Source: Planctomycetota bacterium | GTDB taxonomy: Bacteria > Planctomycetota > SZUA-567 > H5-PLA8 | Length of the DNA stretch: 64,000 bases | Reading direction: 5' to 3' | Assembly (NCBI GenBank): GCA_038227875.1 | Contig: JBBRPR010000034.1 | Span: 1 to 64,000 of the forward strand | Part shown: positions 46,616-56,595 of the stretch, one piece after another | Position numbering within the stretch: position 1 is the stretch's first letter | Layout of the letters: each line of letters begins with the position of its first letter | Translations under genes and position numbers: made by a program | The notes under the pieces: generated by a model | Told to the model about the DNA's origin: nothing | Database searches by the model: none | Seen by the model: the letters and a program-made list of their open reading frames with translations, nothing else

Positions 46616-49600
46616 ATGCAACTGGCTCGCTCGATTCGTATCGTCCTCTTCGCTCTGCTGGCGACCTGTGCGACCCAGGCCGCCGAGGAAACGCTCGAAA
46701 AAAATATCTCACTCGAAGATCCCGGCTTCAACTGCCAGCGCGCGGTGATGACCGCGGGGCGCGATGGCAAGGTCTATCTGCTCTCCGGAAAAGTCGGGAA
46801 CTCCCATCTGATCCAGATGAATCCCGATGGCAGCGAGCAGGTCGGTATTCACGGCGACTCTGCGCCGACCAACGCGACTGCCAATGCCTCGGGTTGGATC
46901 ATCTCCGGCCACGCGCATCTCGTTCACAAAATTACGATCCGCAATCCGAAATTCGAAGTGAAGGCGGAGTTCAAAGACTTTTCGTGCAGCGACAAACTCG
47001 GCTGGGACGCTCCGGCGCACGTGGAAGCCGGCGCAAGCGGCGATTTTTACGTGCTGGATCAACACCGCGATCGCATTCTACGCATCGACGCGAACTGCAA
47101 GATTCTCCGCACCATTCCCCTGCCCCACACGCCCGAAGGCAATCCCGGCATCACCGCCGATTTTCGCGTCAACGAAGCGCACGAGATGCTCGTGATCCGC
47201 AGCCGCCAGGGGAAACTGCGCGCGATCGGCATGGATGGAAAGCCGAAATTCGAAATCCCCAACAACCCGTCCGAACGCGCGTACGACCTTTCCAAAGACG
47301 GCACGCTCTTTCTGCTGCCGTACATGGGCACGGAAATTCTACGCTTCGATGCCGATGGCAAGCCGCTGGCGAAAGTGAAACTCGCGCTGGGCGAACTCAA
47401 GCCCGATTCCAAGCTGCCGTGGTTCAACGAACTCGCGTTTGCCGGAACGAAGCTGCTGCTGCGCCGCGCGCACGAAACGGAATTCTTCCGCGAATTCGAT
47501 CCGGAATCCGGCGCACAGGAAAACATCGTGACCTCGCGCTACGAACGGATGGTCGCGCACTTCCCCAGCCTGACGTGGAACGCCGGCGAAGCCGTGCCAT
47601 TCAAAATCGAGTACGAAGCCGCAGGCGGCGCGGTAGCTCCGAACTGGCACGTCTTCGCGCGCCCGCTGGAAGCACCCGGCTTCACCGAGCTAAAGCTCCA
47701 CGACAACACGCTCGACATTCCCGCCACGTCGGCCGGGCTTTACCTGGTGGAGATCACCACCGGCCTCAATCCCCAGCAGGAAAAGACCGACGCGCTGCGG
47801 CTGTTGCGCACCCTCGTCGAAATTCGCAAGTCCGGCGCGAAAGGCACGGTCGCCGTGATGACACCGGACAACCGCGTCTTTTATGGACGCGGCGAGCCAA
47901 TCCCGCTCGAAATCTCCAGCCGCGCGAGCCAGAAGAATGAATCGCTCGACGTCAACGTGCTGCTCACCGACGCCGCCGGGACGATCGTCGCGCAGGAAAG
48001 CGTCGCGCTGAAATCCGATGCCCCCGCGAAGCTTACGATTCCCGTGTCGCTGACGAAATCCCTTATCCCCGGCGCGTATCTGCTCGCGCCAGTCGCCGCG
48101 GGTTGGACCTGCGTGCCGCAGCATCTCACGATCGGAGCAGGCTTCGACGACAACCCCATGTTTCTGATGGAGTACGGTGACTACGGCGACATTCTGCCCA
48201 CCGGCGATTTCTGGACCGCGCCCACCGCCACGGAAAACGGTCTCGCGCGGAAGCAGAAGCTGGGTCTGAATTTCATCGTCGACCGGCTGGGCAGCCCGTT
48301 GGTGGCCGGGCACTTTGATTGGACGCCGGCCGATCAAAAAAATCTCTTCGCGCCGCTGGTCAAACGCCTGACGGACGATCCGCTCGCGATTCCGCCGGAA
48401 AAATCACACGTCGCACCACCGCTCTTCCAAGCCATGGCGGCCACCGGCGCGTTCGGCATCCACGAGATGTCCATTCTGCTCACCAACGACGCGGGATTGC
48501 CGCTGGGCACCGGCTACGATACGCGCAAGCCCGACGACATGGTTGCCGCCGTGAAGAAGATCACAACGGCGCTGGTTCCCTACCCCGCCTTCCGCGGCTG
48601 GATCTGGGCGTCGAACTGGTGGGTGTTCGGCAATCGCGGCAGCGCGGCAGCCACCACGCCGGAAGACAAGAAAGCCTACGACGATTCCCTCAAGATCGCG
48701 CTGGCCACCGGCGCGTGGGATCCGGTGATCGACAAGGTCTCCAACCTGCGCGTTAGTTACGCCAAAGACGCGTGCGAATTGTTCAACGCCGCCAAGAAGG
48801 AGATTGCGCCGCAGTTGGTCTCCGCCGTCGCCGCGCCGTTCCGCAGCGTCGAATCGTATCCGCCGATCAGCCTATCCGCCGTCGACGAGACCGACCTGCA
48901 GGCGCAGTGGGAACAGATGGCCATTCCCTTTGCCTCGGCGTTCAACGTCGATTTCTACAAGCGTCCCGGCAAACCGGCGTGGGGGCATCCGGAGATCTGG
49001 AACGATTCCGGCACCGGCGATCAAATCGGACCGACGCTTTTCCACCTTCTGATGCGCGGCGCCGACGGCATCGGCGCGTGCGGCGCTATTCCGCCGTGGA
49101 GCCACCTGCGCGAAGATCCGCGTTCGGCGCACTTTTTCACCGCGTCGGTCTTCCGCTCGTCCTTTGCATTGGTGAAACCGTACGGCGCGCTCTTCCGCTC
49201 ACTGCAGAACGACGACCCGGTCGCGATCCTGCTCTCCGGCCGCATGTACAAAACCGACACGTGGAAAGATGTGATGGGTCTCCACTTTTCGCGCGTGTAC
49301 GAATCGTATCTCTCGTGTCTTTATGCCGGGACGCCGGCCTCGCTGGTCTTCGTCGAAGATCTGAAGCCTGAGACGCTCAAGAAATTCAAAGCGATCCTGC
49401 TCGTTGATCAGCGCTTCGAACCGGAGCCGGAATTGCTGCAGGCGCTGAAATCCGCGCAGGCTGGTGGCACGCCGGTGTTTTACGACGGCAATTGCCTGGA
49501 GAAGTTCTGCACCGATTTCAAACCGCTGGGCTTTAAGTTCGCCTCCGTGGAAACCGATCGCAGCCCCGCCGGAGACGACCACGCCTACTGGCGTTTCCCG

Positions 49601-52012
49601 GCGTACGCGATGGCCAATGTCAAGGGTTTGAAGGATGCCTTCGGAGCGAAAGTGCCGCCTGTTGCCGGCGCTGCCGCCGGTGAAGTGCTGCTCTCACGCC
49701 GCCGTGGCGGCGAAGGCGAATATCTCTTCGTCGTCCAGAACAGCGTCCCCGAATTCGATCCCGGTCAGCTCTGGCGCGTGAATTTGAATGTCGCTTCCCG
49801 CGTCCCGATGATCGCGCCCGTCCAGATCGCCGACGACGACCGCCCCGTCTACGATCTCTTCGCGCTGAAACGCATCACGCCCGATCATGGCACGATCAAC
49901 GTCGACCTGCGTTCGATGCCCGCGCGCGTCTACGCGATTCTGCCTACGGCGATAGAAGACGTGTCGCTCACCGCGCCCGCGCAGATCGCCGCCGGACAAT
50001 CCATTGCGTGGAAAGCCGCCGTGCTCGACGCCAAGGGCAACCCCATCGCCGCGCAGTTGCCGCTCTCTGTGCGCCTGCTCGACGCCAGCGGCACGGTCCT
50101 CGACCAGAACACAGCCGTCGCTGCAGCCGGGGAAGCACAAGGCACGCTCACCGCGCCCCTGCTGAAAACCACCGAGCCGCTCGTGCTGGAAGCGACGGAG
50201 CTGTGCAGCGGCCGTTCCGTCCGCGCGAAAATCGCGTATGCACCCACGGCGCTGCCACTGAAGTTCTCCGACGCCGCCATTCCCGCTGCGCCTGCCGCTC
50301 CGGCCGTGCGCGGAAAGGAGCCGAGTTCGCTCGCTCCCGGCGAAACGCTTTACGGCCCGCACCTGCGCTCGACGGCACTCTCCAGCGACGGCAAGACTGC
50401 GCTCTTCTCCGCGATGAACTGGGATCACAATCTTTACGCTGTCGACCTCGACACCGGCGCCGTCCGCTGGCGCAACCGCATCGGCCACTACTTCGCATTC
50501 CACCCGCAAACCACCGCGACCGGTTTCGCTGCCGAAGGCTTCGACCTGAAAACCGGCGAAGGCTATTTCAATTACCTGATCGCGCCGGATGGAAAACTCG
50601 AACGCCGCTTCGCGCTCCATGGCATTCCCAAGCGTCTGCCCTTCCGCTTCGTGCCGGGACTCTTCCATGACTTCGCCGAAAGCTTCGCGACCTCGCCCGA
50701 CGGCACCTGGACGGCCAGTTGCGGCGACCTGGGCCTCGCCGCATGGAAGAAGGACGGCACGCCCCTCTTTTCGCTGGACTGGTGGAAGACCGACCGCCAT
50801 ACGCTCAAACTTCTGGCGCTGGACGCACAGACGCTGCTCGCCGTCGAAGGCACGCGCGCGCAGGCCCTCGACGCGTCCACCGGCAAGCCCAAATGGGACG
50901 TCAATCTCGGCGCCGGCGGCGACGTTTTCGATGTCTGCGCCACCCGCGATGGCAAAACCACGGCAGTCGTCACCGATCTCAACGGCGGCCGCGTCCTGAT
51001 TCTCCGCGACGGCAAACTGCTGCGCACGCTCGTCACGTTCGGCCGCCGCGCCGCGCTCTCGCCGGATGGAACTCTGCTGCTCACGTTCGATCGCGATCTC
51101 GATTGCTTCTCTGTCGAGACGGGAAAACTGCTCTGGTCGTTCAGCGGCGACGACGCTATCCGCGCGCTGCAGGTCAGCGCCGATGGCAAACGTGTCGCCG
51201 CCTCCAGCGACATGGGCACGCTCTACGTCTTCGGAAGCGACGGTGGACGGCTGCTCGAAACCGATCTCGGTGCGCGCTGCGATCCGACGTGGCTGCCCGA
51301 TGGCGATCTGTTCCTGGCGACGTGGATGGGCCGCGTCACGCGGCTGGATGGAAAATTCAAGCCGCGCTGGAGCGTTCTGCTCGCGCCGGAAAAGTCGAGC
51401 ATGCGCGGCCATCAGCTCGACGACGATGGCACGCCGACCACGCGCGTTCCGTTCGTGGGCACCGCCGAGGCGCATCCGCTGCCCTTCACGCCCAATCTTA
51501 TCGCGCAGACGCAGTTCACATTCAAACTCAACACCCGCACCAACGCGCCGCTGGCCAACGACACCAAGCTGCTCTACGACGGCAAGGCCGACGCGCCGGC
51601 GAATCCGTGGATCGACTGGCACTACGTCGGATTCTTCGCCGAAACGTCGCCGTTCAACACGATCGAAATCACCGCAACCACCTCACGCGTCAAGCTCGAT
51701 GCCGTGACGCTGGTCGAAGATCCCGCGCATCCGGAATCGTGGCTGCGCGACGCGACCCTGGAATACTGGAACCTGGAGAAGGAGGAATGGAACTTCGCGC
51801 AGGCGCTGCTCTCCGACGCGCCGGTTCATTCGCACACCTTGCCGAAGCCCGTCGAAAGCACGCGCTTCCGCCTCGTCCTGCCGTGGGGCTGCGCCGGCAA
51901 CGTGCGGCTGGCTGAGCTGGTCTTCCACGGCCAGGTCACCACACCGATCAAACCGCCCGCACCTCCGAAAGCGGCGCCTCCCCCGAAGGCTCCAGCGCCA
52001 CCCAAGAAGTAG
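46616..52012 (+). CDS. Large secreted multidomain protein: NHL-like propeller, glycoside-hydrolase-like central region, WD40/PQQ propeller, C-terminal discoidin-like domain
   Basis: Signal peptide and GGAGG RBS; FYVLDQHRDRILRID; YPAFRGW..ASNWW, LMRGADGIG and LKKFKAILL (GH42-trimerisation-like); repeated LS.DG blades; STRFRLV...N.RLAEL.FHG. Confidence 0.8.
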   Translation: MQLARSIRIVLFALLATCATQAAEETLEKNISLEDPGFNCQRAVMTAGRDGKVYLLSGKVGNSHLIQMNPDGSEQVGIHGDSAPTNATANASGWIISGHAHLVHKITIRNPKFEVKAEFKDFSCSDKLGWDAPAHVEAGASGDFYVLDQHRDRILRIDANCKILRTIPLPHTPEGNPGITADFRVNEAHEMLVIRSRQGKLRAIGMDGKPKFEIPNNPSERAYDLSKDGTLFLLPYMGTEILRFDADGKPLAKVKLALGELKPDSKLPWFNELAFAGTKLLLRRAHETEFFREFDPESGAQENIVTSRYERMVAHFPSLTWNAGEAVPFKIEYEAAGGAVAPNWHVFARPLEAPGFTELKLHDNTLDIPATSAGLYLVEITTGLNPQQEKTDALRLLRTLVEIRKSGAKGTVAVMTPDNRVFYGRGEPIPLEISSRASQKNESLDVNVLLTDAAGTIVAQESVALKSDAPAKLTIPVSLTKSLIPGAYLLAPVAAGWTCVPQHLTIGAGFDDNPMFLMEYGDYGDILPTGDFWTAPTATENGLARKQKLGLNFIVDRLGSPLVAGHFDWTPADQKNLFAPLVKRLTDDPLAIPPEKSHVAPPLFQAMAATGAFGIHEMSILLTNDAGLPLGTGYDTRKPDDMVAAVKKITTALVPYPAFRGWIWASNWWVFGNRGSAAATTPEDKKAYDDSLKIALATGAWDPVIDKVSNLRVSYAKDACELFNAAKKEIAPQLVSAVAAPFRSVESYPPISLSAVDETDLQAQWEQMAIPFASAFNVDFYKRPGKPAWGHPEIWNDSGTGDQIGPTLFHLLMRGADGIGACGAIPPWSHLREDPRSAHFFTASVFRSSFALVKPYGALFRSLQNDDPVAILLSGRMYKTDTWKDVMGLHFSRVYESYLSCLYAGTPASLVFVEDLKPETLKKFKAILLVDQRFEPEPELLQALKSAQAGGTPVFYDGNCLEKFCTDFKPLGFKFASVETDRSPAGDDHAYWRFPAYAMANVKGLKDAFGAKVPPVAGAAAGEVLLSRRRGGEGEYLFVVQNSVPEFDPGQLWRVNLNVASRVPMIAPVQIADDDRPVYDLFALKRITPDHGTINVDLRSMPARVYAILPTAIEDVSLTAPAQIAAGQSIAWKAAVLDAKGNPIAAQLPLSVRLLDASGTVLDQNTAVAAAGEAQGTLTAPLLKTTEPLVLEATELCSGRSVRAKIAYAPTALPLKFSDAAIPAAPAAPAVRGKEPSSLAPGETLYGPHLRSTALSSDGKTALFSAMNWDHNLYAVDLDTGAVRWRNRIGHYFAFHPQTTATGFAAEGFDLKTGEGYFNYLIAPDGKLERRFALHGIPKRLPFRFVPGLFHDFAESFATSPDGTWTASCGDLGLAAWKKDGTPLFSLDWWKTDRHTLKLLALDAQTLLAVEGTRAQALDASTGKPKWDVNLGAGGDVFDVCATRDGKTTAVVTDLNGGRVLILRDGKLLRTLVTFGRRAALSPDGTLLLTFDRDLDCFSVETGKLLWSFSGDDAIRALQVSADGKRVAASSDMGTLYVFGSDGGRLLETDLGARCDPTWLPDGDLFLATWMGRVTRLDGKFKPRWSVLLAPEKSSMRGHQLDDDGTPTTRVPFVGTAEAHPLPFTPNLIAQTQFTFKLNTRTNAPLANDTKLLYDGKADAPANPWIDWHYVGFFAETSPFNTIEITATTSRVKLDAVTLVEDPAHPESWLRDATLEYWNLEKEEWNFAQALLSDAPVHSHTLPKPVESTRFRLVLPWGCAGNVRLAELVFHGQVTTPIKPPAPPKAAPPPKAPAPPKK

Positions 52013-52143
52013 GTGGCTGGGGTTCAACGGATTATAGTATTCGCGCGATACCCACTTTTTACTTAAACTGTGCAGCAAGCCCGCTCGATCCACCTCTAAG
52101 AGGGATGGACCGGTCGGCTTCATTGCTTTCAGGAGGAACTTCT

Positions 52144-52497
52144 GTGAAATTCAAGCTCGCAACGGCTGTGCTCGTTGGCGGCATGCTCTCCCCGTTCGCC
52201 TCGAAGGCGATGGCTGGCGACGCCAATCCGAAAGTCGAAGAAATCATCGCTCAGATTGAAGCTCGGCGTGGCGAGAAGACCACCGCCGAAGTCACGGCCG
52301 CTCAGGAACGCGCCAAGCTGATGGAAGAGCGTGCTCAAAATGGTGGGATGCGCGGCCAGGGCGGCGGCCAAGGTGGCCAGCAAGGCGGCGGCATGCGCAA
52401 TCGCGGCAACGGTGGCGGTAATCGCAAGCCGGGCGGCGGTGGCAACAATGCCAATCCCAATCCCACGCCTCCACCGGCTCCCGAGCAGGGCAAGTAA
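52144..52497 (+). CDS. Small secreted Gly/Gln-rich hypothetical protein
   Basis: GTG start after AGGAGG; signal peptide ending AMA; helical region then a low-complexity tail. Confidence 0.75.
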   Translation: MKFKLATAVLVGGMLSPFASKAMAGDANPKVEEIIAQIEARRGEKTTAEVTAAQERAKLMEERAQNGGMRGQGGGQGGQQGGGMRNRGNGGGNRKPGGGGNNANPNPTPPPAPEQGK

Positions 52498-52589
52498 CCC
52501 ACACAGGGTTGCTGCCCCAGCATGACACCCCGGACCCGCGCGCACCGCGCGGACAACAGGACGAATCGCACTTCAAAAGGAGTTCGTGA

Positions 52590-53864
52590 ATGAACGTGTT
52601 CAAGGCAAAATCACTTGCCGCTGGCGTGGTCGGAGCGCTCTGTCTGGCGGCTCCGCTCAGTCTCCATGCGGAAGATGCCGCGCCGCCCGCTCCAGTTCCG
52701 GCGGCGGCACCGGCAGATCCGGCACCGGCTCCGGTTGCCCCGGCCCCTGCCGTCGCGAAGGTCGCGGCACGAACGACGCTCGAACAGCAGATTGATTATC
52801 TCGAAGGCGCGTTGGCTGAAGGCATCGACAACCTCGATTGGAAGATGGCCACGCTCGCCGCCGACGGCTTCAAAACCGCGGGGCTGACCGGCAAGGATTT
52901 GGAAATCTCGCTCCTCCGCGCCGAACGCACGGCGGTAATCGAACACACCGGCCCGGGCAACGCCGGTCCGCAGGTACTCGCGCTGGGCATGACCGTCCGC
53001 GCGCAGCTCGGCGACGCGGCCTCGCTGACGACGCTGCAGTCGTGGGCGAAGGATGAAATTCCCGCCGTCAAAGCGCCCGATCAGGCGCTGTGGAAGGATG
53101 CGCCGGCGGAAGCAGTCAAAGCTCAGAAAGCGTACACCACCTATCAGCAGACCGTCTCGCGGCGTGAATACGCGATTCTGGGTCTGGCGCTGCTCAAACA
53201 GCCCGGCGTGGTCGAACAAGCGCTCGCGGCGCTCAAGAATCCCGCCGACCAGGGCGGTGGCGGCGGAGGCGCGTTTGGCTTTGGCGGCCCCGGAGGTCCC
53301 GGTGGCTTCGGAGGTGCTCGCGGCTTCATGCGCGCGTTCGGTGGACGAGGCGGCGGCGGCAGTGCCGATCCGCTGGTGCTCGCGGCGCTGGCGGCCGATC
53401 CTCAGGCCGGCTTCAAAGCGCTGACAGACTTCATGACCGACGACAAGGGCAATCTCGCGCAGCAGGCCACCGTGGTTCAGTCGCTGGCACGCATCGCGCC
53501 CGGTTCAAAAGTGCGCAAGCCGGTCGATGAGCAATTTTCGCTTGAAGCCGATCTCGGCGCCAAGCTTCCGGCCGACAGCTTCGCCCAGCTGAGCAAGCCG
53601 TACCTCGCGCTGATCAAACGCTGGAAACCCGACGATGCCAACAACCGGGCCAACGGCGCGCTGACGCAACTGCTCAGCGCCGGCAACGACTTCCCTGAAA
53701 AATCGATCGATGCCGATGGCATCACGGCACTGCAACAGTTGAAGGAACAGATCACCGGTCAGCAGGGCAACTGGCTCAAGCCGCAGATCGACAGCGTGCT
53801 GCGGAAACAGGGCGTTGATCCCAACGCCGCCACCAAGCCGCCGGCGCCTCCGAAGGATTTCTAA
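52590..53864 (+). CDS. Secreted helical hypothetical protein with Pro/Ala linker and GF/RGG-rich insert
   Basis: AAGGAG RBS, signal peptide, GC3-biased codons. Confidence 0.85.
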   Translation: MNVFKAKSLAAGVVGALCLAAPLSLHAEDAAPPAPVPAAAPADPAPAPVAPAPAVAKVAARTTLEQQIDYLEGALAEGIDNLDWKMATLAADGFKTAGLTGKDLEISLLRAERTAVIEHTGPGNAGPQVLALGMTVRAQLGDAASLTTLQSWAKDEIPAVKAPDQALWKDAPAEAVKAQKAYTTYQQTVSRREYAILGLALLKQPGVVEQALAALKNPADQGGGGGGAFGFGGPGGPGGFGGARGFMRAFGGRGGGGSADPLVLAALAADPQAGFKALTDFMTDDKGNLAQQATVVQSLARIAPGSKVRKPVDEQFSLEADLGAKLPADSFAQLSKPYLALIKRWKPDDANNRANGALTQLLSAGNDFPEKSIDADGITALQQLKEQITGQQGNWLKPQIDSVLRKQGVDPNAATKPPAPPKDF

Positions 53865-53885
53865 CGAAAACGCTTACCGATGGAT

Positions 53886-53917
53886 AAAAACGCGCCGCCA
53901 AAAAGCGGCGCGTTTTT
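53886..53917 (+). terminator. Rho-independent terminator, probably bidirectional
   Basis: AAAAA-CGCGCCGC-CAAAAA-GCGGCGCG-TTTTT. Confidence 0.85.
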
Positions 53918-54270
53918 ATTTGATACAAGTCTGTGTCAGGTCATACAGACGAACTTGCCGAGTGCACAGCACTGCACCGCACTCGCTGCCAATTTTTGTG
54001 CATCTGCCTGTGCACTGTCGCGCTTCCTGCGCCGCTAGGAAATTGAAAAATAGCTATGACGCGACACCCGTTTAGCTGTTGGGATAAGTCTGGCCGTGTA
54101 TTTGCCATTCTCTAAATCGCGAATGTTTGGAAATTCGGAAAAGTAGGCGCTCGTTCTCTCGTAGTACTGGATGAGCAGACATAAAAGAAGCCCGCAACAT
54201 CTGGGGGAATTGCGCGGCGAACCGGTCGTGAACTTTAACGTATCGATACAACTTACCGGGAGCTGCAACC

Positions 54271-55056
54271 GTGAAGAAAAAACATGCAAACTATAATCAA
54301 ATGGCAATGGCCTGCGAAATTGGACATTCGGCTGTCGCCACGGAAACCACGGGTACCCTCCCCGTGAGTTCCAGCCCCACTGCAACGGAAATCGGTGAGC
54401 GCCGCCATAAATTCGGCCTCCGTCTCTCCCAGGATCTGAAAGTCTCGCTGGGCGTCGAACAATGCCCGGTCGTCCGCACCGCGGCGGACGTAGCAGACGT
54501 TTTTTCCGATATCGCCACGTTCGACCGCGAAGTCCTGATCGCCGGCGCGATCGACACGCAATTGCGGCTGGTCTGCTGGAATCTGCTGGCCGTCGGCCGC
54601 AGCGATCTGCTGGTGATGCGCATCGGCGACGCGTTTGCCGGAGCGATCCGCAGTGCGGCGTCGGGGATTTTCCTGGTCCACAACCATCCGTCCGGTTCGC
54701 TCGAAGCCTCGGATGAAGACTTGCGACTCACCCGAGAAGTGGCCGAAGCGGGGTTGCTGCTCGGTTACAATCTGGTCGATCACGTGATCATCTCGCGGCT
54801 GGGGCACCGCAGCCTGCTCGACCGCTCGTTCCTCCGCGCGCACGCCAAGCGCCTCCACATCACCAACACCGTTCAGCGCGATCGCCAGGGCGAAAGTACG
54901 GTGACTGAGTGGCGCTGCCTGACTTGCAAAAGCAAAAACTCGCGGACCAGCCATGTCCTGCGCTCGTCCTCGAAGCAGTGTGCCTACCTGCCCTCGCGCT
55001 GCGCGCACTGTGGCTCGTTCGCCTGGCTGAAAACGAAACCCAGCAGCGGCATTTAG
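54271..55056 (+). CDS. RadC-like JAB/MPN domain protein with C-terminal zinc ribbon
   Basis: DRE, LVHNHPSG..E.S.ED..LT and L.DHVII (JAMM motif intact); C-terminal WRCLTC...SRCAHC; no RadC HhH domain. Start uncertain (54271 or 54301). Confidence 0.82.
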   Translation: MKKKHANYNQMAMACEIGHSAVATETTGTLPVSSSPTATEIGERRHKFGLRLSQDLKVSLGVEQCPVVRTAADVADVFSDIATFDREVLIAGAIDTQLRLVCWNLLAVGRSDLLVMRIGDAFAGAIRSAASGIFLVHNHPSGSLEASDEDLRLTREVAEAGLLLGYNLVDHVIISRLGHRSLLDRSFLRAHAKRLHITNTVQRDRQGESTVTEWRCLTCKSKNSRTSHVLRSSSKQCAYLPSRCAHCGSFAWLKTKPSSGI

Positions 55057-55061
55057 CAGGA

Positions 55062-56003
55062 TTAAAGAATGCTCGCGCCAAACGCCGATTGCAGCAGATC
55101 GCGCGCGACGCACGCGGTCAAATTGCGCTGATCGAGCGCCGGGTTTACTTCCACCAATTCGCAACTGATCATCCGGCCCGTGTCGGCGATCAACTCCATG
55201 ATCAGATGGGATTCGCGGATCGTCAGCCCCCCCGCCACCGGCGTGCCCACACCCGGCGCGACGGCCGGATCCAGACTGTCGATGTCGAACGAGAGATGGA
55301 ATCCGTCGGTGCCATCATTGACGATTTCCAGCGCTTCGCGCATGCAGGCCGCCATGCCGCGCTCGTCGATCTGGCGCATGGTGAAGACGTGAATGCCGTA
55401 CTTTTTGATCTTCTCGCGTTCGCCCAGGTCCAGGTCGCGAGCGCCAAGCAACACCGTACGCTGCGCGTCGATCATCGGCCGCACGCCGGCGAGGTCCGTC
55501 AGCAGCCGCGGTCCGTGTCCCAGCGCCACGGCCATGGGCATGCCGTGAATATTTTTGCTCGGCGATGTCTCCGGCGTGTTGCAGTCGCCATGCGCGTCGA
55601 CCCAAAGCACGCCGAACTTCTTCTTCCGCTTTTTGGCGTACCGCGCGATGCCGCCGAGCGTGCCCATCGCAATCGAATGATCGCCACCGAGCACCAGCGG
55701 CGTTGCGCCCTTGTCCAGCGCGCGTTCGACGAACAGTGAAAGTTCCCGGCAGACGCGCGCGATCGGAGGCGCAAAAGGGAGCGGCGATTTCGATTTTTTG
55801 CGCGATTTCTTTTCCGGCGTCGCGGTACTGGCGTGAGGCACGGCGAGATTGCCGCTGTCCTCGACCTGCAGACCCAGCTCAAGCAGTTTCTCCGCCAGTC
55901 CTGCCACACGAATGGCGGACGGGCCCATGTCGACGCCGCGGAGATGCGTGCCCAGGTCCATCGGGACGCCAATCAAGGCAATAGTGCTGCGGGGAGGAGG
56001 CAT
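55062..56003 (-). CDS. rocF: Arginase
   Basis: GVDMGPSAIR, LGGDHSIAMGT, WVDAHGDCNT..TSPS.NIHGMP, HLSFDIDSLDP..APGVGTPV.GG and ELVEVNP.LD. Confidence 0.96.
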   Translation of the reverse strand: MPPPRSTIALIGVPMDLGTHLRGVDMGPSAIRVAGLAEKLLELGLQVEDSGNLAVPHASTATPEKKSRKKSKSPLPFAPPIARVCRELSLFVERALDKGATPLVLGGDHSIAMGTLGGIARYAKKRKKKFGVLWVDAHGDCNTPETSPSKNIHGMPMAVALGHGPRLLTDLAGVRPMIDAQRTVLLGARDLDLGEREKIKKYGIHVFTMRQIDERGMAACMREALEIVNDGTDGFHLSFDIDSLDPAVAPGVGTPVAGGLTIRESHLIMELIADTGRMISCELVEVNPALDQRNLTACVARDLLQSAFGASIL

Positions 56004-56055
56004 GGCTTTCTTTTAACCACCCCATCAAAATCCGCAACTTGGGCGGTAAGTCGAT

Positions 56056-56084
56056 TTGACGCGGACGCCTCTCACCAGTAAAAA
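56056..56084 (+). promoter_or_regulatory. Sigma70-like promoter
   Basis: TTGACG-N17-TAAAAA upstream of the small basic protein gene. Confidence 0.45.
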
Positions 56085-56140
56085 GGTGCGTTCCGTTAAT
56101 TGGGTAAACCGTTCAACGTTGGAAAGGTTCAGCGAAGCAC

Positions 56141-56443
56141 ATGGCTAAGTCGAAGGTACGCAAGCCCCACCCCAAGCCTCCAGAGAACGCAGCGACGGTT
56201 GTCGAGCTGCGCAAAGAGATCGCCGCGCTGAAGGAAAAGCTGGCCAAGCGCAAGGCTGACGCGACAAAAGAGGGGAAGACCAATAAGTTTGACCCCAAGT
56301 ACCGCCTTGCGATCAAGCGCGTCAAGCGCGCCCAGCGCAAGCTGCTCTCCGAGGCTTACCGCCTGAAGCCGAAGAAGGAAGTCGTCGCCGCGCCGGCCGC
56401 AGCAGCAGCGCCCGCGGAAGCCGCAGCAGAAAAGAAAGAGTAG
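56141..56443 (+). CDS. Small, highly basic helical-hairpin protein
   Basis: 100 aa, Lys/Arg-rich with an Ala-rich tail and strong AAG/CGC codon bias. Confidence 0.8.
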   Translation: MAKSKVRKPHPKPPENAATVVELRKEIAALKEKLAKRKADATKEGKTNKFDPKYRLAIKRVKRAQRKLLSEAYRLKPKKEVVAAPAAAAAPAEAAAEKKE

Positions 56444-56462
56444 TTCAACGCGTAGCGTCTTT

Positions 56463-56539
56463 GCAGGCGGGACGCCTGCGCCACAATTCAGCAGGCGGAA
56501 CACCTGCGACATATATTGTGGTGCAGGCGTCCCGCCTGT
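56463..56539. repeat. REP-like cluster of three GCAGGCG(GGA/TCC)CGCCTG hairpins
   Basis: GCAGGCGGGACGCCTGCGCCAC at 56463, a degenerate copy at 56491, and inverted GTGGTGCAGGCGTCCCGCCTGT at 56518. Confidence 0.8.
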
Positions 56540-56595
56540 AAGTTCCTTGCATCCTGCAGCGCACGAATCGTCCACATCTAAAGAGAGGTCGTCCC

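Noticed and set aside
54271..55056. CBASS/Bil-type defence JAB (Cap3-like)
   Set aside because: The motif is RadC-type (HNHPSG), and there are no neighbouring E1/E2, ubiquitin-like or CD-NTase genes.
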